Below are positions 1-14,148 of a DNA stretch of 64,000 bases, one piece after another (the first letter of the stretch is position 1; every line of letters starts with the position of its first letter). Source of the stretch: the human T2T-CHM13v2.0 reference genome, Homo sapiens. Made by a program: the position numbers and the translations under genes. The notes under the pieces are model-generated. The model made no database searches. It saw only the letters and a list, made by a program, of their open reading frames with translations, and had not been told where the DNA came from. The stretch lies in the NCBI RefSeq assembly GCF_009914755.1, contig NC_060927.1; one strand, 5' to 3'.

Positions 1-57
1 TTTTTTTTTAAGAAAAAGTTGACCCAGCCCCAGGGAATAAATTGTGACTGTTCTAAA

Positions 58-278
58 CAGGGTTGGCAAACTATAGGCCAAGGGCCAAATCTGGCCCTCT
101 GACTGTTTGTATAAATTAAGTTTTACTGGAATAAACCCAGGTCCATTCATTTATGCATTCTCTACATATGATTTTAGGCTACAATGGCACCGCTGTGTCA
201 CTGCAACAGAGGTTATCTAGAACAAAAGCCTAAAATATTACCGTTTGCCTCTTTATGGAAAAAGTTTGCCATTCCCTA
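58..278 (+). mobile_element. MER58A-like hAT-Charlie DNA transposon (MITE)
   Basis: Terminal inverted repeats cagggttggcaaac ... gtttgccattccct; internal ggccaaatctggccc and aaagcctaaaatatt match the MER58A consensus as recalled. Confidence 0.8.
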
Positions 279-616
279 GTCTAAGGTTTAGATTCTGAGC
301 TTATCATTTTATCCTACCCCCCCTTACCAGTGACTGGCTCAAAACAAGTCTGTGATTCCATTCTGACTGTTCTACTGAGGGAATTCCCCCTTCTTCTCAT
401 GCAGAGCTGATGAGGGTAAGTTGTATTAATAGGACATAGGCTCAGGTTTTCTGAAAAATACTTTTATCTAGAAATGCACAGGAATATGCTGGTGCCTGAA
501 TGTTCCATCTGGGGGCCTGGAGATTGACTCACCCTGCCTCCAGAGCTAGTGCTCATACTTACTACTGAGAGGCCTGAGGAAACGCCTGCCTACCCACCAC
601 CAGAACCTGCACACAT

Positions 617-751
617 CACCTGGAGTACTAGAGATCAGACTGCCACACACACCACCCAGGAGCCCAGTGGTGCACCTGCCCACCTGGAGTACTAGAGATC
701 AGACTGCCACACACACCACCCAGGAGCCCAGTGGTGCACCTGCCCACCTGG
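617..751. repeat. Perfect 64-bp tandem duplication with cacctgg microhomology
   Basis: 617-680 is identical to 681-744; cacctgg recurs at 745-751. Confidence 0.95.
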
Positions 752-970
752 CCCAGTGCTGCCACTGCCAGCAACCAAAGAAGCCACCTGGAGGCCCAGG
801 GGTTGGCCCACACAGACAGGCTATCCTCAGTGCCCACATACACTGCCCATGGTCCCTAGTATTGACAAACCTGGTCCACCACCACTACCACTGATGCTGA
901 AGGACAAGACTTCCTGGCATCCCCATCCTCAGCAAAGCCTCATCACAGCCTCCAATAACAACTGCAGTCT

Positions 971-1483
<513 letters not shown>

Positions 1484-2331
1484 TTATGTCAGAGGCACAG
1501 ATAGTCACATAAGGATGCAAGAGAAATGAAAAAGGAAACATAACATCTCCAAAGAAGCACAATAATTCTCCAGCAACAGATTCCAATGAAAAGAAAATCT
1601 ATGAAATGCCTGAAAAAAATTCAGAATAATGTTATTAAAGAAACCCAGGGAGATACAAGAGAACACAGATAATGAATACAAAAAATCAGGAAAACAATTC
1701 ATGATCTGAATGAGAAATTCAACAGAGATAGACAGCATAACAAAGAACCAAACACAAATCCTGGAAGAGAATAAATCATTGAAAGAAATACAAAAGATAA
1801 TTGACAGCTTTAACAACAGACTAGATCAAGCAAAACAAAGAATTTCTGAACCTGAAGACTAGTCTTTTAAAATAATCCAGTCAGACAAAAAGAAAGAAAA
1901 AAGAATGAAGCAAGGCTACATGACATATGGGACACATATGTGACCAAAGACTGAAATTCTGGGAGTTCTGGATGGAGATGAGATGGGTAAAGGCATAGAA
2001 AACCTATTTAATAAAATAATAACTGAAAACTTTCTGAAAGCTTCCAAATACAGGAAGCTCAAAGATTACCAAATAAATACAACTCAAAAAGGTCTTCTCC
2101 AAGGCACATTACGGTAAAATTTTCAAAAGACAAAGAGAAAATGGCTAAAAACAGCAAGAGAAAAGCATCAAGTCACTTATAAGAGAATCTCCATCAGGCT
2201 AACGGGATTTCTCAGCAGAAACCTTACAGTCTAGGAGTAAAGGGGATGTATACTACAAGTAAAAAAAAAAAAAAAAAAAAATGTAAGCCAAAAATACTAT
2301 ACCTAGCAAAGCTATCCTTCACAAATGAAGG

Positions 2332-2500
2332 AGCCTGGCACAGTGGCTCACATCTGCAATTCCAGAGACTCAGAAGGCTGAGGCAGGAGGATCATTTGAG
2401 CCCAGGAGTTCAAGGCTGCAATGAGCTATGATCATGCCACTGTACTCCAGCCTGGGTGACAGAGTGAGACTCCATTGCTAAAAAAAAATAAATAAATAAA
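2332..2500 (+). mobile_element. Alu monomer (FRAM/AluJ-like)
   Basis: Single arm gcctggcacagtggctcac...cagcctgggtgacagagtgagac plus A tail. Confidence 0.85.
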
Positions 2501-2751
2501 AGAGAAAAAAGTATTTCCCAGATAAGCAAAAGACTGTTTGTTTGGGTCTTGTTTGTTGTGATCCTACAAGAAATGCTTAAGGGAGTCCTGCATTGGGAAG
2601 CAAAAGAACAATATCTACCGTCATGAAAATACATGAAAGTATAAAACTCACTGGTAGAGCAGACACACAAAGAAGAAAGAATTCAAACAACATCACTAAA
2701 GAAAACCACCAAACTGCAACCATAAATAATGAGAGAAAAAAGGAACAAAGG

Positions 2752-5044
2752 TGTATTAGTCTGTTTTCACACTGCTGATAAAGACATACCTGAAAGAGAT
2801 GGGCAATTTACAAGAGAAAGAGGTTTAATGGACTCACACTTCCACATAGCTGAGGAAGCCTCACAATCACATTGGAAGGCAAGAAGAAACAAGTCATGTC
2901 TCACATGGATGGCAGCAGGCAAAGAGAGAGCTTCTGCAGGGAAACTACCCTTTTTAAAACCATCAGACCTTGTGAGACGTATGCACTATCATGAGAACAG
3001 CATGGGAAAGACCTGCCCCCATGACTCAATTGCTTCCCACCAGGTCCCTCCCACAACAGGTGGGAATTCAAGATGAGATTTGGGTGGGGACATAACCAAA
3101 CCATATCATTCTGCCCCTGGCCCTTCCCAAATCTAATATCCTCACATTTCAAAACCAATCATGCCTTCCCAACAGTCCTCCAAAGTCTTAACTAAGTTCA
3201 GCATTAACTCAAAAGTCCACTGTCCAAAGTCTCATGTGAGACAAGGCAAATCCCTTCCGCCTATGAGCATGTAAAATCAAAAATAAGTTAGTTACTTCCT
3301 AGATACAATGGGGGTATAGGCATTGGGTAAACGCAGTCATTCCAAATGGGAGAAAATTGCCAAAACAAAGGGGCTACAGGCCCCATGCAAGCCCAAAACC
3401 CAGTGGGGCAGTCAAATCCCAAAGCTCTAAAATAATCTCCTTTGACTCCATGTCTCACATGCAGGTCATGCTGATGTAAGAGGTGGGCTCCCATGGCCTT
3501 GGGAGAAAAAAGGCCACAGCTCCACTCCTGTGGCTTTGTAGGGTATAAACCCCCTCCTGGCTCCTTTCATGGGTTGGCATTGAGTGTCTGCAGATTTTCC
3601 AGGCACACAGTGCAAGCTGTCAGTGAATCCACCATTCTGGGTTCTGGAAGATGGTGGCCCTCTTCTCACAGCTCCACTAGGTGGCGCTTCAGTAGGGACT
3701 CTCTGTGGGGGTTCCGACCCCACATTTCCCTTCCACACTGCCCTAGTAGAGGTTCTCCATGAGTGCCCTGTCCCTGCAGCAAACTCCTGCCTGGACATCT
3801 AGGCATTTCCATACATCTTCTGATATCTAGGCAGTGGTTCCCAAACCTCAATTTTTGACTTCTGTGCACCCATGGGCTCAACACTATGTGGAAGCTGCTA
3901 AGGGTTGGGGCTTGCACCTCTGAAGCCACAGCCCACGTTGTACCTTGGCTCCTTTTAGCTGCAGCTGGAGTGGCTAGGACTCAGGCACCCTATGCTGCTC
4001 ACAGCAGGGTGAGCCCTGCTAAGCCCTGGGTCCAGCCCACAAAACCATCTTTTCTTCCTAGGCCTCTGGGCCTTTGATGGGAGGGGCTGCCATGAAGATC
4101 TGTGACATGCCCTGGAGACATTTTCCCCATTGTCTTGGAGATTCACATTTGACTCCTCGTTACTTAAACAAACTTCTGCAGCCAGATCGAACTTTTCTTG
4201 AGAAAACGGGATTTTCTTTTCTATTGCATTGTCAGGCTGCAAATTTTCCAAACTTTCATGCTCTGCTTCCCTTATAAAACTGAGGGCCTTTAACAGCACC
4301 CAAGTCATCTCTTGAATGCTTTGCTGCTTAGAAATTTCTTCTACCAGATACCCTAAATCATCTCTCTCCAGTTCAAAATTCCACAAATGTCTACAGCAGG
4401 GGCAAAATGCCACCAGTCTCTTTGCTAAAACATAACAGGAGTCACCTTTGTGCCAGTTCCTGACAAGTTCCTCATTTCCATCTGAGACAACCTAAGCCTA
4501 GACTTTATTGTCCATATAACCATCAGCATTTTGGGCAAGGCTTTAGGAAATCTCTTCCAAATTTTCCCACATTTTCCTGTCTCCTTCTGAGCCCTCCAAA
4601 TTGTTTCAACCTCTGCCTGCTTCCCAGTTCCAAAGTCACTTCCACATATTCAGGTATCTTTTAGCAACACCCAACTTCTGGTACTAATTTACTGTATTAG
4701 TCTATTTTCACACAGCTGATAAAGACACATTCAAGACTGGGAAATTTACAAAAGAAAGGTTTAATGGACTTACAGTTCTACATTGCTGGGGAGGCTTCAA
4801 AATCATTGCGGAAGTCAAGGAGAGGCAAGTCACATCTTACAGGGATGACAGCAGGCAAAGAGAGAGCTTGAGCAGGGAAACTCCTCCTTTTAAAACCATC
4901 AGATCTTACGAGACTTATTCACTATCAAAAGAATAGCATGATAAATACCTGCCTCCATGATTCAACTACTTCCCACTGGGTCCCTCCCACAACACATGGG
5001 AATTCAAGATGAGATCTGAGTGGGGACACAGCCAAACCATATCA
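2752..5044 (-). mobile_element. Complete THE1 (THE1B-like) MaLR: LTR 2752-3108, internal 3109-4692, LTR 4693-5044
   Basis: Both LTRs run tgtattagtc...ccaaaccatatca (reverse complement of TGATATGG...AATACA); perfect 5-bp TSD aaagg at 2747-2751 and 5045-5049. Confidence 0.95.
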
Positions 5045-7195
5045 AAAGGATATACAAAATAACCAGAAAACAATGAACAGAATGACAGGAATAAGTCCTC
5101 ACCTATCAATAATAACTTCGAATATGGGTTAAATTACCTACCTAAAAGATAGAGACAGGCTTAATGGATAAAAAATGACCCAACAACGTCTACAAGAAAC
5201 TCACTTTGCTTGTAAAGACATACACAGACTGAAAGTGAAGGGATTGAAAAAGATATACCACACAAACAGAAATCAAAAGTAATCAGGAGTAGCTAAACTT
5301 ACATCAGATAAAACAGACTTTAAGTCAAAAACTGTAAAAAGGACAAAGAAGGTCATTATATGGTAATAAAGGGATCAATTCAGCAACAAAGTATAACAAT
5401 TCTAAATATGCATGCAACCAACACAAGCACATCCAGACACACATAGCAAATATTATTAAATCTACAGGAATAGATAGAGTCCAATAAAATGATAGTTGAG
5501 AACTTCAATATCCTACTCTCAGCGTTGGACAGTTCATCTAGACATAAAATCAACAAAGGAACATTAGATTTAAGCTGAACTTTAGACCAAATGGACCTAA
5601 CAGATATTTTCAGAATATTTCATCCAGCAGCAGCAGAATATACAATCATCTCATCAACACATGGAACATTGCCCAGGATAGACCATATGTCAGGACACAA
5701 AACAAGGGCTCAACAAAATTTTAAAAATTAAAATCATATCAAGTATCTTCTCAGACCACAATGGAATAAAACTTGAAACCAATAAGAAGAAGAAATTTGG
5801 AAACTGTACAAATACATGGACATTAAATATGCTATTGAATGATCATTGGATCAATGAAGAAATTAAGATGGACATCAAAAAAATTTTTTTAAACAGAAAA
5901 TGGAAACACATCATGCAAAACCTATAGGATACAGCAAAAGCAGTACTAGGAGGAAAGTTTATAGCAATAAATGCCTACACCAAAAAAGTAGAAAGATTTC
6001 AAATAAACAACCTAATGATGCACCTCAAGGAACTCAAAAAGCAAGAACAAACCAAACACAAAACTGGTAGAAAGAAAAAATAATAAATAACATAGCAGAA
6101 CCAAATGCAACAGAGACAAAAAAGAAATGCAAAGAATCAACAAGATAAAAGTTGGTTTTTTGAAAAGTTAAACAAAATTGATAAACCACTAGTGAGAATA
6201 ACCAAAAAAAAAAAAAAGGAGACCCAAATAAATACAACCAGAAATGAAAAAGGAGACATTACAACTGTTACCAAAGAAATAAAAAGGATCATTAGAGGCT
6301 ATTATGAACAACCATATGCTAACAAATTGGAAAACCTAGAGGAAAGGGATAAGTTCCCAGTCATACACAGCCTACCAAGATTGAACTAGGAAGGAACAGA
6401 AAACCTGAACTGACTCAAAATGAATAGCAGGTTTGAATCAGTAACAAAAAATCTCCCAAAAGAGAAAAGCCCCAGACTAGGCCTTTATGCTGATTTCTAC
6501 CCAATTTATAAAGAAAAACAAACACGAATTCTTCTCAAACTATTCCCAAAAATTGAAGAGGAGGGAATTCTTCCTAACTCATTGTATAAGGTCAGCATTA
6601 CCCTGATATCCAATCAAGACAAGGACACAACAAAAAGAGAAAACTACAGGCCAATATTCCTAATGAACACAGATGGAAAAATTATCAGCATAATACTACC
6701 AAGCCAAATCTAATGATGAATGAAAAAGATAATATACCATGATCAAGTGGGATTTATCCCAGGAATGCAAAGATGGCTCAACATACACAAATCAATACAT
6801 GTGATACATCACATCAACAAGATGAAAGGCAAAAACTATCTGATCATCTCAGCAGATGCAGAAAAATCACTCAGTAAAACTTATCATTCCTTCATCATGA
6901 AAACTCTCAACAAATTATGCATAGAAGGAACACTTCAACATAAGAAAATGTATATATGACAAATCCACAGTTAACATCCTACTCACTGGGGACAATGGAA
7001 AAGCCTTTCCTCTAAGAACTGGAACAAGACAAGGATGCCCACTTTCACCACTCTTATTCAACACAGTATGGGACATCCAAGCCAGAGTGATCAGAAAAGA
7101 TAAAGAAATAAAAGGCATCCAAAATGGACAAGAGGAAGTCAAATTGTCTCACTTTGCAGATGACATAATCTTATACTTGTAAACGGAAAAACCTA

Positions 7196-7542
<347 letters not shown>

Positions 7543-8006
7543 TTTTAAAAAACGGATGTATAATTCAGTAAAGCTTCAGGACAGAAAATCAACATACAAA
7601 AATCAGTAATGTTTCTATATACCAGTAACAAACTAGCTAAAATAGAAATCAAGGAAGAAATTCTATTTACAATAGCTACAAAAATAAACTTAACCAAGGA
7701 TGGGGGAAAAAAACCAAAAAACCTCTACAATGACAACCACAAAACACTGATAAAATAAATTGAGAAGGACGCAAACAAATGGAAAGGCATCTCATGCTCG
7801 TGGGTTGGAATAACTAATACTGTTAAAATGACCATGCTACCCGAAGCAATCTAGAGATTCAGTACAATCCCTATCAGTTATATTCTTCACAGAAACGGGA
7901 AAAAAAAAAACCCTGAAATTCATATGGAACCACAGAAGACCCCAAATAGCCAAAGCAATACTGAGCAAAAAGAACAAAGCTAGAAGCCTCACACTACCTG
8001 AATTAA

Positions 8007-8368
<362 letters not shown>

Positions 8369-9895
8369 CTATAGTAACCAAAACAGCGTGTATTGGTATT
8401 AAAACAGACAGAAAAACAAAGGAAATAGACTAAAGAATCCAGAAATGAATCCACATATTTACAGCTAACTGATTTTCAAGAAAGCTGTCAAGAACATACA
8501 TTGAATAAAGGACACCCTCTTCATTAAATGGTGCCAGGAAAACTAGATATCCAAACACAGAAGAATAAAACTAGACCCTTATCTCTCATCACTTACAAAA
8601 ATAAACTCAAAATCAATTGAAGACTTAAATGTAACAGCCACAACTATAAAACTACTAGAAGTAAATGCAGGAGAAACGCTTGAGAACAAAGATTGTATGG
8701 CTAACACTTAAAAAGTACAAGCAACAAAAACAGACAAATGGGATTATATTAAACTAAATACCCTCTGCATATCAAAGAAAACAATCAACAAAGTGAAAAG
8801 ACAAAACCCCTCCCTTACACCTTACACAAAAATTAACTCAAGATGGCTTGAAGACTTAAATGTAAAACCCATAACTATAAAAACGCTGGAAGACAACCTA
8901 GGCAATACCATCTGGTATATAGTGATGGGCAAAGAGTTCATGGTGAAGATGCCAAAAGCAATTGCCACAAAAGCAAAAGTTGACAAATGGGATCTAATTA
9001 AATGAAAGAGCTTCTGCACAGCAAAAGAAACTATCAAAAAATAAACAGACATTTCTCAAAAGAGGATATACAAATCACCAAGTTTATGAAAAAATATTCA
9101 ACATCACTAATCATCACAGAAATGCAAATCAAAACCACAATGAGATATCATCTCACACTTGTTAGAATGGCTATTATTAAAAAGACAAAGCACAAGAAAT
9201 GCTGGCAAGCATGTGAAGAAAAGAAAATTATCGTATATTGTTGGTAGGAATGCAAATTAGTAGAGCCATTATGAAAAAAAGTACAGAGATTTCTCAAAAA
9301 ACTAAGAACAGATCTACCATATGATCCAGCAATCCCACGCCTGGGTATATATCCAAAAAAAGGATATCACTGTATCAACGTTATATCTGTACCCCCATAT
9401 TTACTGCAGCACTATTTACAATAGCCAAGATATGCAATCAATCTAAGTATCAATCAATGGATGAATGGATAAAGAAAAGGGGAATGTACGCACAATAGAA
9501 TAGCATTCAGCCACAAAAAAGAATGAAATCCTGTCATTTTCTGCTAAATGTATGGAATTAAAGGTCATAATGTTAGGTGAACTAGGCCATGCACAGAAAG
9601 AAAATCATTGCATGTTCTCACTTATATGAGCGGTTTATGCTCCTGGAAATCAAAATGGAGGCCATGTTTCAGGTCAGTAGGGTCAGGGATAGAGACCGCA
9701 GTTACGGACTTGTGTGCCCTGGAGCTATATAAAATTGACATCATGGAGATAAAGAGTAGAATGATAGTTACCAGAGGCTGGGAATAGGAGGGGTTTGAAA
9801 AGAGGTTGATTAATGGGTATAAAAATATATAATAGAAGGAATAAGATCTAGTGTTCATTATCACAGAAAGTGACTACAACAATTTGTTGCATATT

Positions 9896-11667
9896 TCTTT
9901 TTTTTAATTTCAATAGTTTTTAGGGAACAGGTGGTATTTGGTTACATGGATAAGTTCCTTAGTGAAATTTTGGCATACCCATCACCAAAGCAGTTTACCC
10001 AGTGTATAGTCTTTTATCTCTCACCCCCTCCCACCTTCCCCCTGAGCCCCGAACGTCCACTGTTTCATTCTTGTGTCTTTGCATCATTATAGCTTAGCTC
10101 CCACTTACGAGTGAGAACATGCAATGTTTGGTTTTCCATTCCTGAGTTGCTTCGTTTAGAGTAATGGTCTCCAACTGCATCCAGGTTGCTATGAATGCCA
10201 TTATTTCATTCCTTTTTAAGGCTAAGTAGTATTCTGCGGTGTATATATATATGGTGTGTATATATATATACATATATATGCGTGTATATATATATATATA
10301 TATATATATGGTTCAAGCAATTCTCCTGCCTCAGCCTCCTGAGTAGCTGGGATTACAGGCAACCGCCACCATGCCTGGCTAGTTTTTGTATTTTCAGTAG
10401 AGACTGGGTTTCACCATGTTGGTCAGGCTGGTCTCAAACTCCTGACCTCCTGATCCGCCCACCTCAGCCTCCCAAAGTGCTGGGATTACAGGCATGAGGC
10501 ACTGCGCCTGGCCCTATTTTTGTTTATTTTACACGTGGTATTGCATTGTGGTTTTGATTTGCATTTCCCTGGTAATTAGTGATGTTGAGCATTTTTTCAT
10601 ATGTTTGTTGGCCATTTGCATATCTTCTTTTGAGAATTGTCTATTCATGTCCTTGGCACACTTTTTGATGGGATTATTTTTTTCTTGCTGATTAGAGTTC
10701 CCTGTAGATTCTGGACATTAGTCCTTTGTCAGATGCAGTTTGTGAAAATTTTCTCCTACTCTGTGGGTGATCTGTTTACTCTGCTGATTATTTCTTATGC
10801 TGTGCAGGAGGCTTTTTAATTAAGTCCCATCTATTTATCTTTGTTTCTGTTGCATTTGCTTTTGGGTTCTTGGTCATGAACTGTTTGCCTAAGCCAATGT
10901 GTAGAAGCGTTTTCCAATGTTATCTTCTAGATTTTTTATGGTTTCAGATCTTAGATTCAAGTCTTTGATCCATCTTGTGTTGATTTTTGTATAATGTAAG
11001 AGATGAGGATCCAGTTTTATTCTTTTACATGTGGCTTGCCAATTATCCCAGCACTATTTGTTGTATAAGGTGTACTTTCCCTACTTTGTTTTTGTTTACT
11101 TTGTCAAAGATCAGTTGGCTGTTAAGTATTGGGTTTATTTCTAGGTTCTCTACTCTGTCCCATTGGTCATGTGCCTATTTTTATACCAGCACCATGCTGT
11201 TTTGGTGACTATAGCCTTGTAATATAGTTTGAAGTTGGGTAATGTGATGCCTCTAGATTGGTTCTTTTTGCTTAGTTTTGCTTTGGCTACGCAGACTCTT
11301 TTTTAGTTCCAAATGAATTTTGGCATTGTTTTTTCTAGTTCTCTAAAGAATGATGATGGTATATTGATAGGAATTGCATTGAATTTGTAGACTGCTTTTG
11401 GCAGTATGGTCATTTTCACAATATTGAGTCTACCCATCCATGAGCATGGAATGTGTTTCCATTTGTTTGTGTCACCTATGATTTCTTTCAACAGTGTTTT
11501 GTAGTTTTCCTTGTAGGGGTCTTTCACCTCCTTGGTTAGGTATATTCCTAAGTATTTTATTGTTACAGCTATTATAAAAGGGTTTGACTTGATTCTCAGC
11601 CTGGTAGATGTTGGTGTATAGCACTGCTACTGCTTTGTGTACATAGATTTTGTATCCTGATAAATGG
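9896..11667 (-). mobile_element. Antisense 5'-truncated L1PB-like insertion in the 3' UTR of the older L1
   Basis: T-tail followed by caatagtttttagggaacaggtggtatttggttacatg; minus [14 protein letters not shown]...[11 protein letters not shown]; TSD-like atttgttgcatatttc / atttattgtatatttc. Confidence 0.85.
10310..10513 (-). mobile_element. Partial AluS abutting a (TA)n tract
   Basis: ggttcaagcaattctcctgcctcagcc...gcgcctggcc; 3' part of the right arm is missing. Confidence 0.88.
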
Positions 11668-12243
11668 ATTTATTGTATATTTCTAAATAGCAATAAGATT
11701 TGAAATATTCCCAGCACAAAGAAATGATCAATGTTTGAGGTGATTAATATCTTAAAGACCCTGATTTGATCATTACACATTGCATGCATGTAACAGAATC
11801 TCACATGAACCCCATAAATGTGTACGATTATTCTCTATCCAAAACATTTTTTTAAGAAACATGCAGGAATACACTGTATCTCTTCCTTGCTGTCTCTGGA
11901 TATTGTCACATGATGACTTGACATGCGGATTGTGGCAGCCTCTGTGACCAAGAGCAGAAGACAATAGCAGCATAGAAACCTCAAATGAAAAACCTAACAT
12001 CTCAAGCTACTAATTTAGACAACCTTGGCATCAGCTATCTCTGGTCTGAGTACATGAGGTGATAAGCCCCAACTGTTCAAGTTGGGTGGCCATCAATTGC
12101 TGCAGAATAGAAGTTAATGAGGCTTCCTCCTCCTGGATCCCCTACTAGACCCTGACATACCCATTCAGTCACAGGCAGAAAGGGAAGCAGAGGGTAAGGA
12201 GACCTGGCTGGCTGTGCCAGATGCAGATCTTACGTGTCCTGCT

Positions 12244-13134
12244 TAGAACACTCAAAGCTCAATTGGTTAAACAAAAAAAGGAAAAAGACAGTAAGGAGTA
12301 TAACACTCCCCAGATGCAACTTAATCTAACACTTTATACTTTAAATTTTCTAAACATACATAGAAATCAGACCACTACTTCTGCAGAATATTTTACTGGT
12401 AAAAAGAACAGCCCACATGAGGGAAAACTGATTTGGTGGAAAGACAACAAAAACAAAACATGGGAAATAGGTAAGGTGATAACATGGGGGAAAGGTTTTG
12501 CTTGTGTTTTACCAGGAGAAAATCAGCTTCCTGTTTGGTTACCCACTAGACATTTGAAGTTCTACAATGAACCCATTAGAGATGCAAATGAAAGTGCCTC
12601 CGCAGAGACAGAAAACCCGCAATCGAGCATCATCGACTCGCAGGGTGAACAAAATGGTGATATCAGAAGAACAGATGATGTTGCCAACCACCAAGAAAAC
12701 GGCACATGTGGAGAGCCAGGGAGAGGAAGAGAAAGAAAAAGAGACAGAGATCAGAGAGAGACACAGAAAGTGAGACTGGGGAGAGAGATAGTGTAAAAGA
12801 GAGAGAGATAGAGAGACCGTAAGAGAAGTGAGACACAGATAAAAGGTGCGAGTGAGCAGGTGAGGAGAAAGACTGAAAACTATGAGAAACAGCAACTAAG
12901 ACACAAAGGAGGTGGGAGACTGCCTGGCGCCGCAGCACCCACACAGTCTTCTCGCGCCGTCACTTGGGTTAAAACCACCGGAAATTCCACTGTTGCAAAT
13001 TTTGTATTAATCCTTGTATGTCTGTCCTTTCTATTGTTAGTCTACAGGTGTATCCAGCAGCTCCAGAGAGACAGCGACCACCGAGAAGGGGCCATGATGA
13101 CGGTGGCGGTTTTGTCAAAAAGAAAAGGGGGATA
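12244..13134 (+). mobile_element. HERV-K(HML-2) internal remnant: integrase C-terminus and env start (12244-12702), non-viral filler (12703-12956), env TM end and PPT (12957-13134)
   Basis: [12 protein letters not shown]...[17 protein letters not shown] (IN C-terminus); MNPLEMQ env start; [22 protein letters not shown]; aligns to 31762-32223 and 33971-34149 of the provirus in this window. Confidence 0.93.
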
Positions 13135-14148
13135 TGTAGGGAAAAGAGAGAGAGATCAGACTGTTACTGTGTCTACATAGAAAGGGAAGATATAAGAGAA
13201 TCCATTTTGAAAAAGGCCTGTACTTTAAACAATTGCTTTGCTGAGATGTTGTTAACGTGTAGCTTTGCCCCAGCCACTTTGACCCAACCTGAAGCTCACA
13301 AAAACATGTGTTGTATGAAATCAAGGTTTAAGGGATCTAGGGCTGTGCAGGACGTGCCTTGTTAACAAGATGTTTCCAAGCAGTATACTTGGTAAAAGTC
13401 ATCACCATTCTCTAGTCTCAATAAACCAGGGGCACGATACACTGTGGAAAGCTGCAGAGACCTCTGCCCTTGAAAGCGGCGTATTGTCCAAGGTTTCTCC
13501 CCATGTGATAGTCTGAAAAGTGGCCTCGTGGGATGAGAAAGACCTGACCATCCCCGAGCCCGACACCCGTAAAGGGTCTGTGCTGAGGTGGATTAGTCAA
13601 AGAGGAAAGCCTCTTGCAGTTGAGAGAGAGGAAGGCCACTGTCTCCTGCCTGTCCCTGGGAACTGAATGTCTCAGTATAAAACCCGACTGTACATTTGTT
13701 CAATTCTGAGATGGGAGAAAAAGCACCCAATGGTGGGAGGCGAGACATGTTTACAGCAATGCTTCCTTGTTATTCTTTACTCCACTGAGATGTTTGGGTG
13801 GAGAGAAACATAAATCTGGCTTATGTGCATGTCCAGTCATAGTACCTTCCCTTGAACTTCATTATGACATAGATTCTATTGCTCACATATTTGTTGCTGA
13901 CCTTCTCCTTACTATCACGCTGCCCTCCTACTACATTCTTTTTTGCTGAAATAATGAAGATAATAATCAATAAAAACTGAGGGAACTCAGAGACCGGTGC
14001 CAGTGCAGGTCCTTGGTATGCTGAGCACCGGTCCCATGGGCCCACTGTTGTTTCTCTATATTTTGTCTCTGGGTCTTATTTCTTTTCTGTCTCTTATCCC
14101 ACCTGACTAGAAATACCCACAGGTATGAAGGGGCAGGCCACCCCTTCA
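13135..14148 (+). mobile_element. HERV-K(HML-2) 3' LTR (old LTR5A/5B type, 1014 bp)
   Basis: PPT aaaagaaaagggggata followed by tgtagggaaaag ... ggccaccccttca; homologous to 34150-35180. Confidence 0.95.

Noticed and set aside
12925-12945. tggcgccgcagc as a second PBS in the env filler
   Set aside because: Matches a tRNA-Lys PBS for only 7 nt and is not preceded by an LTR end
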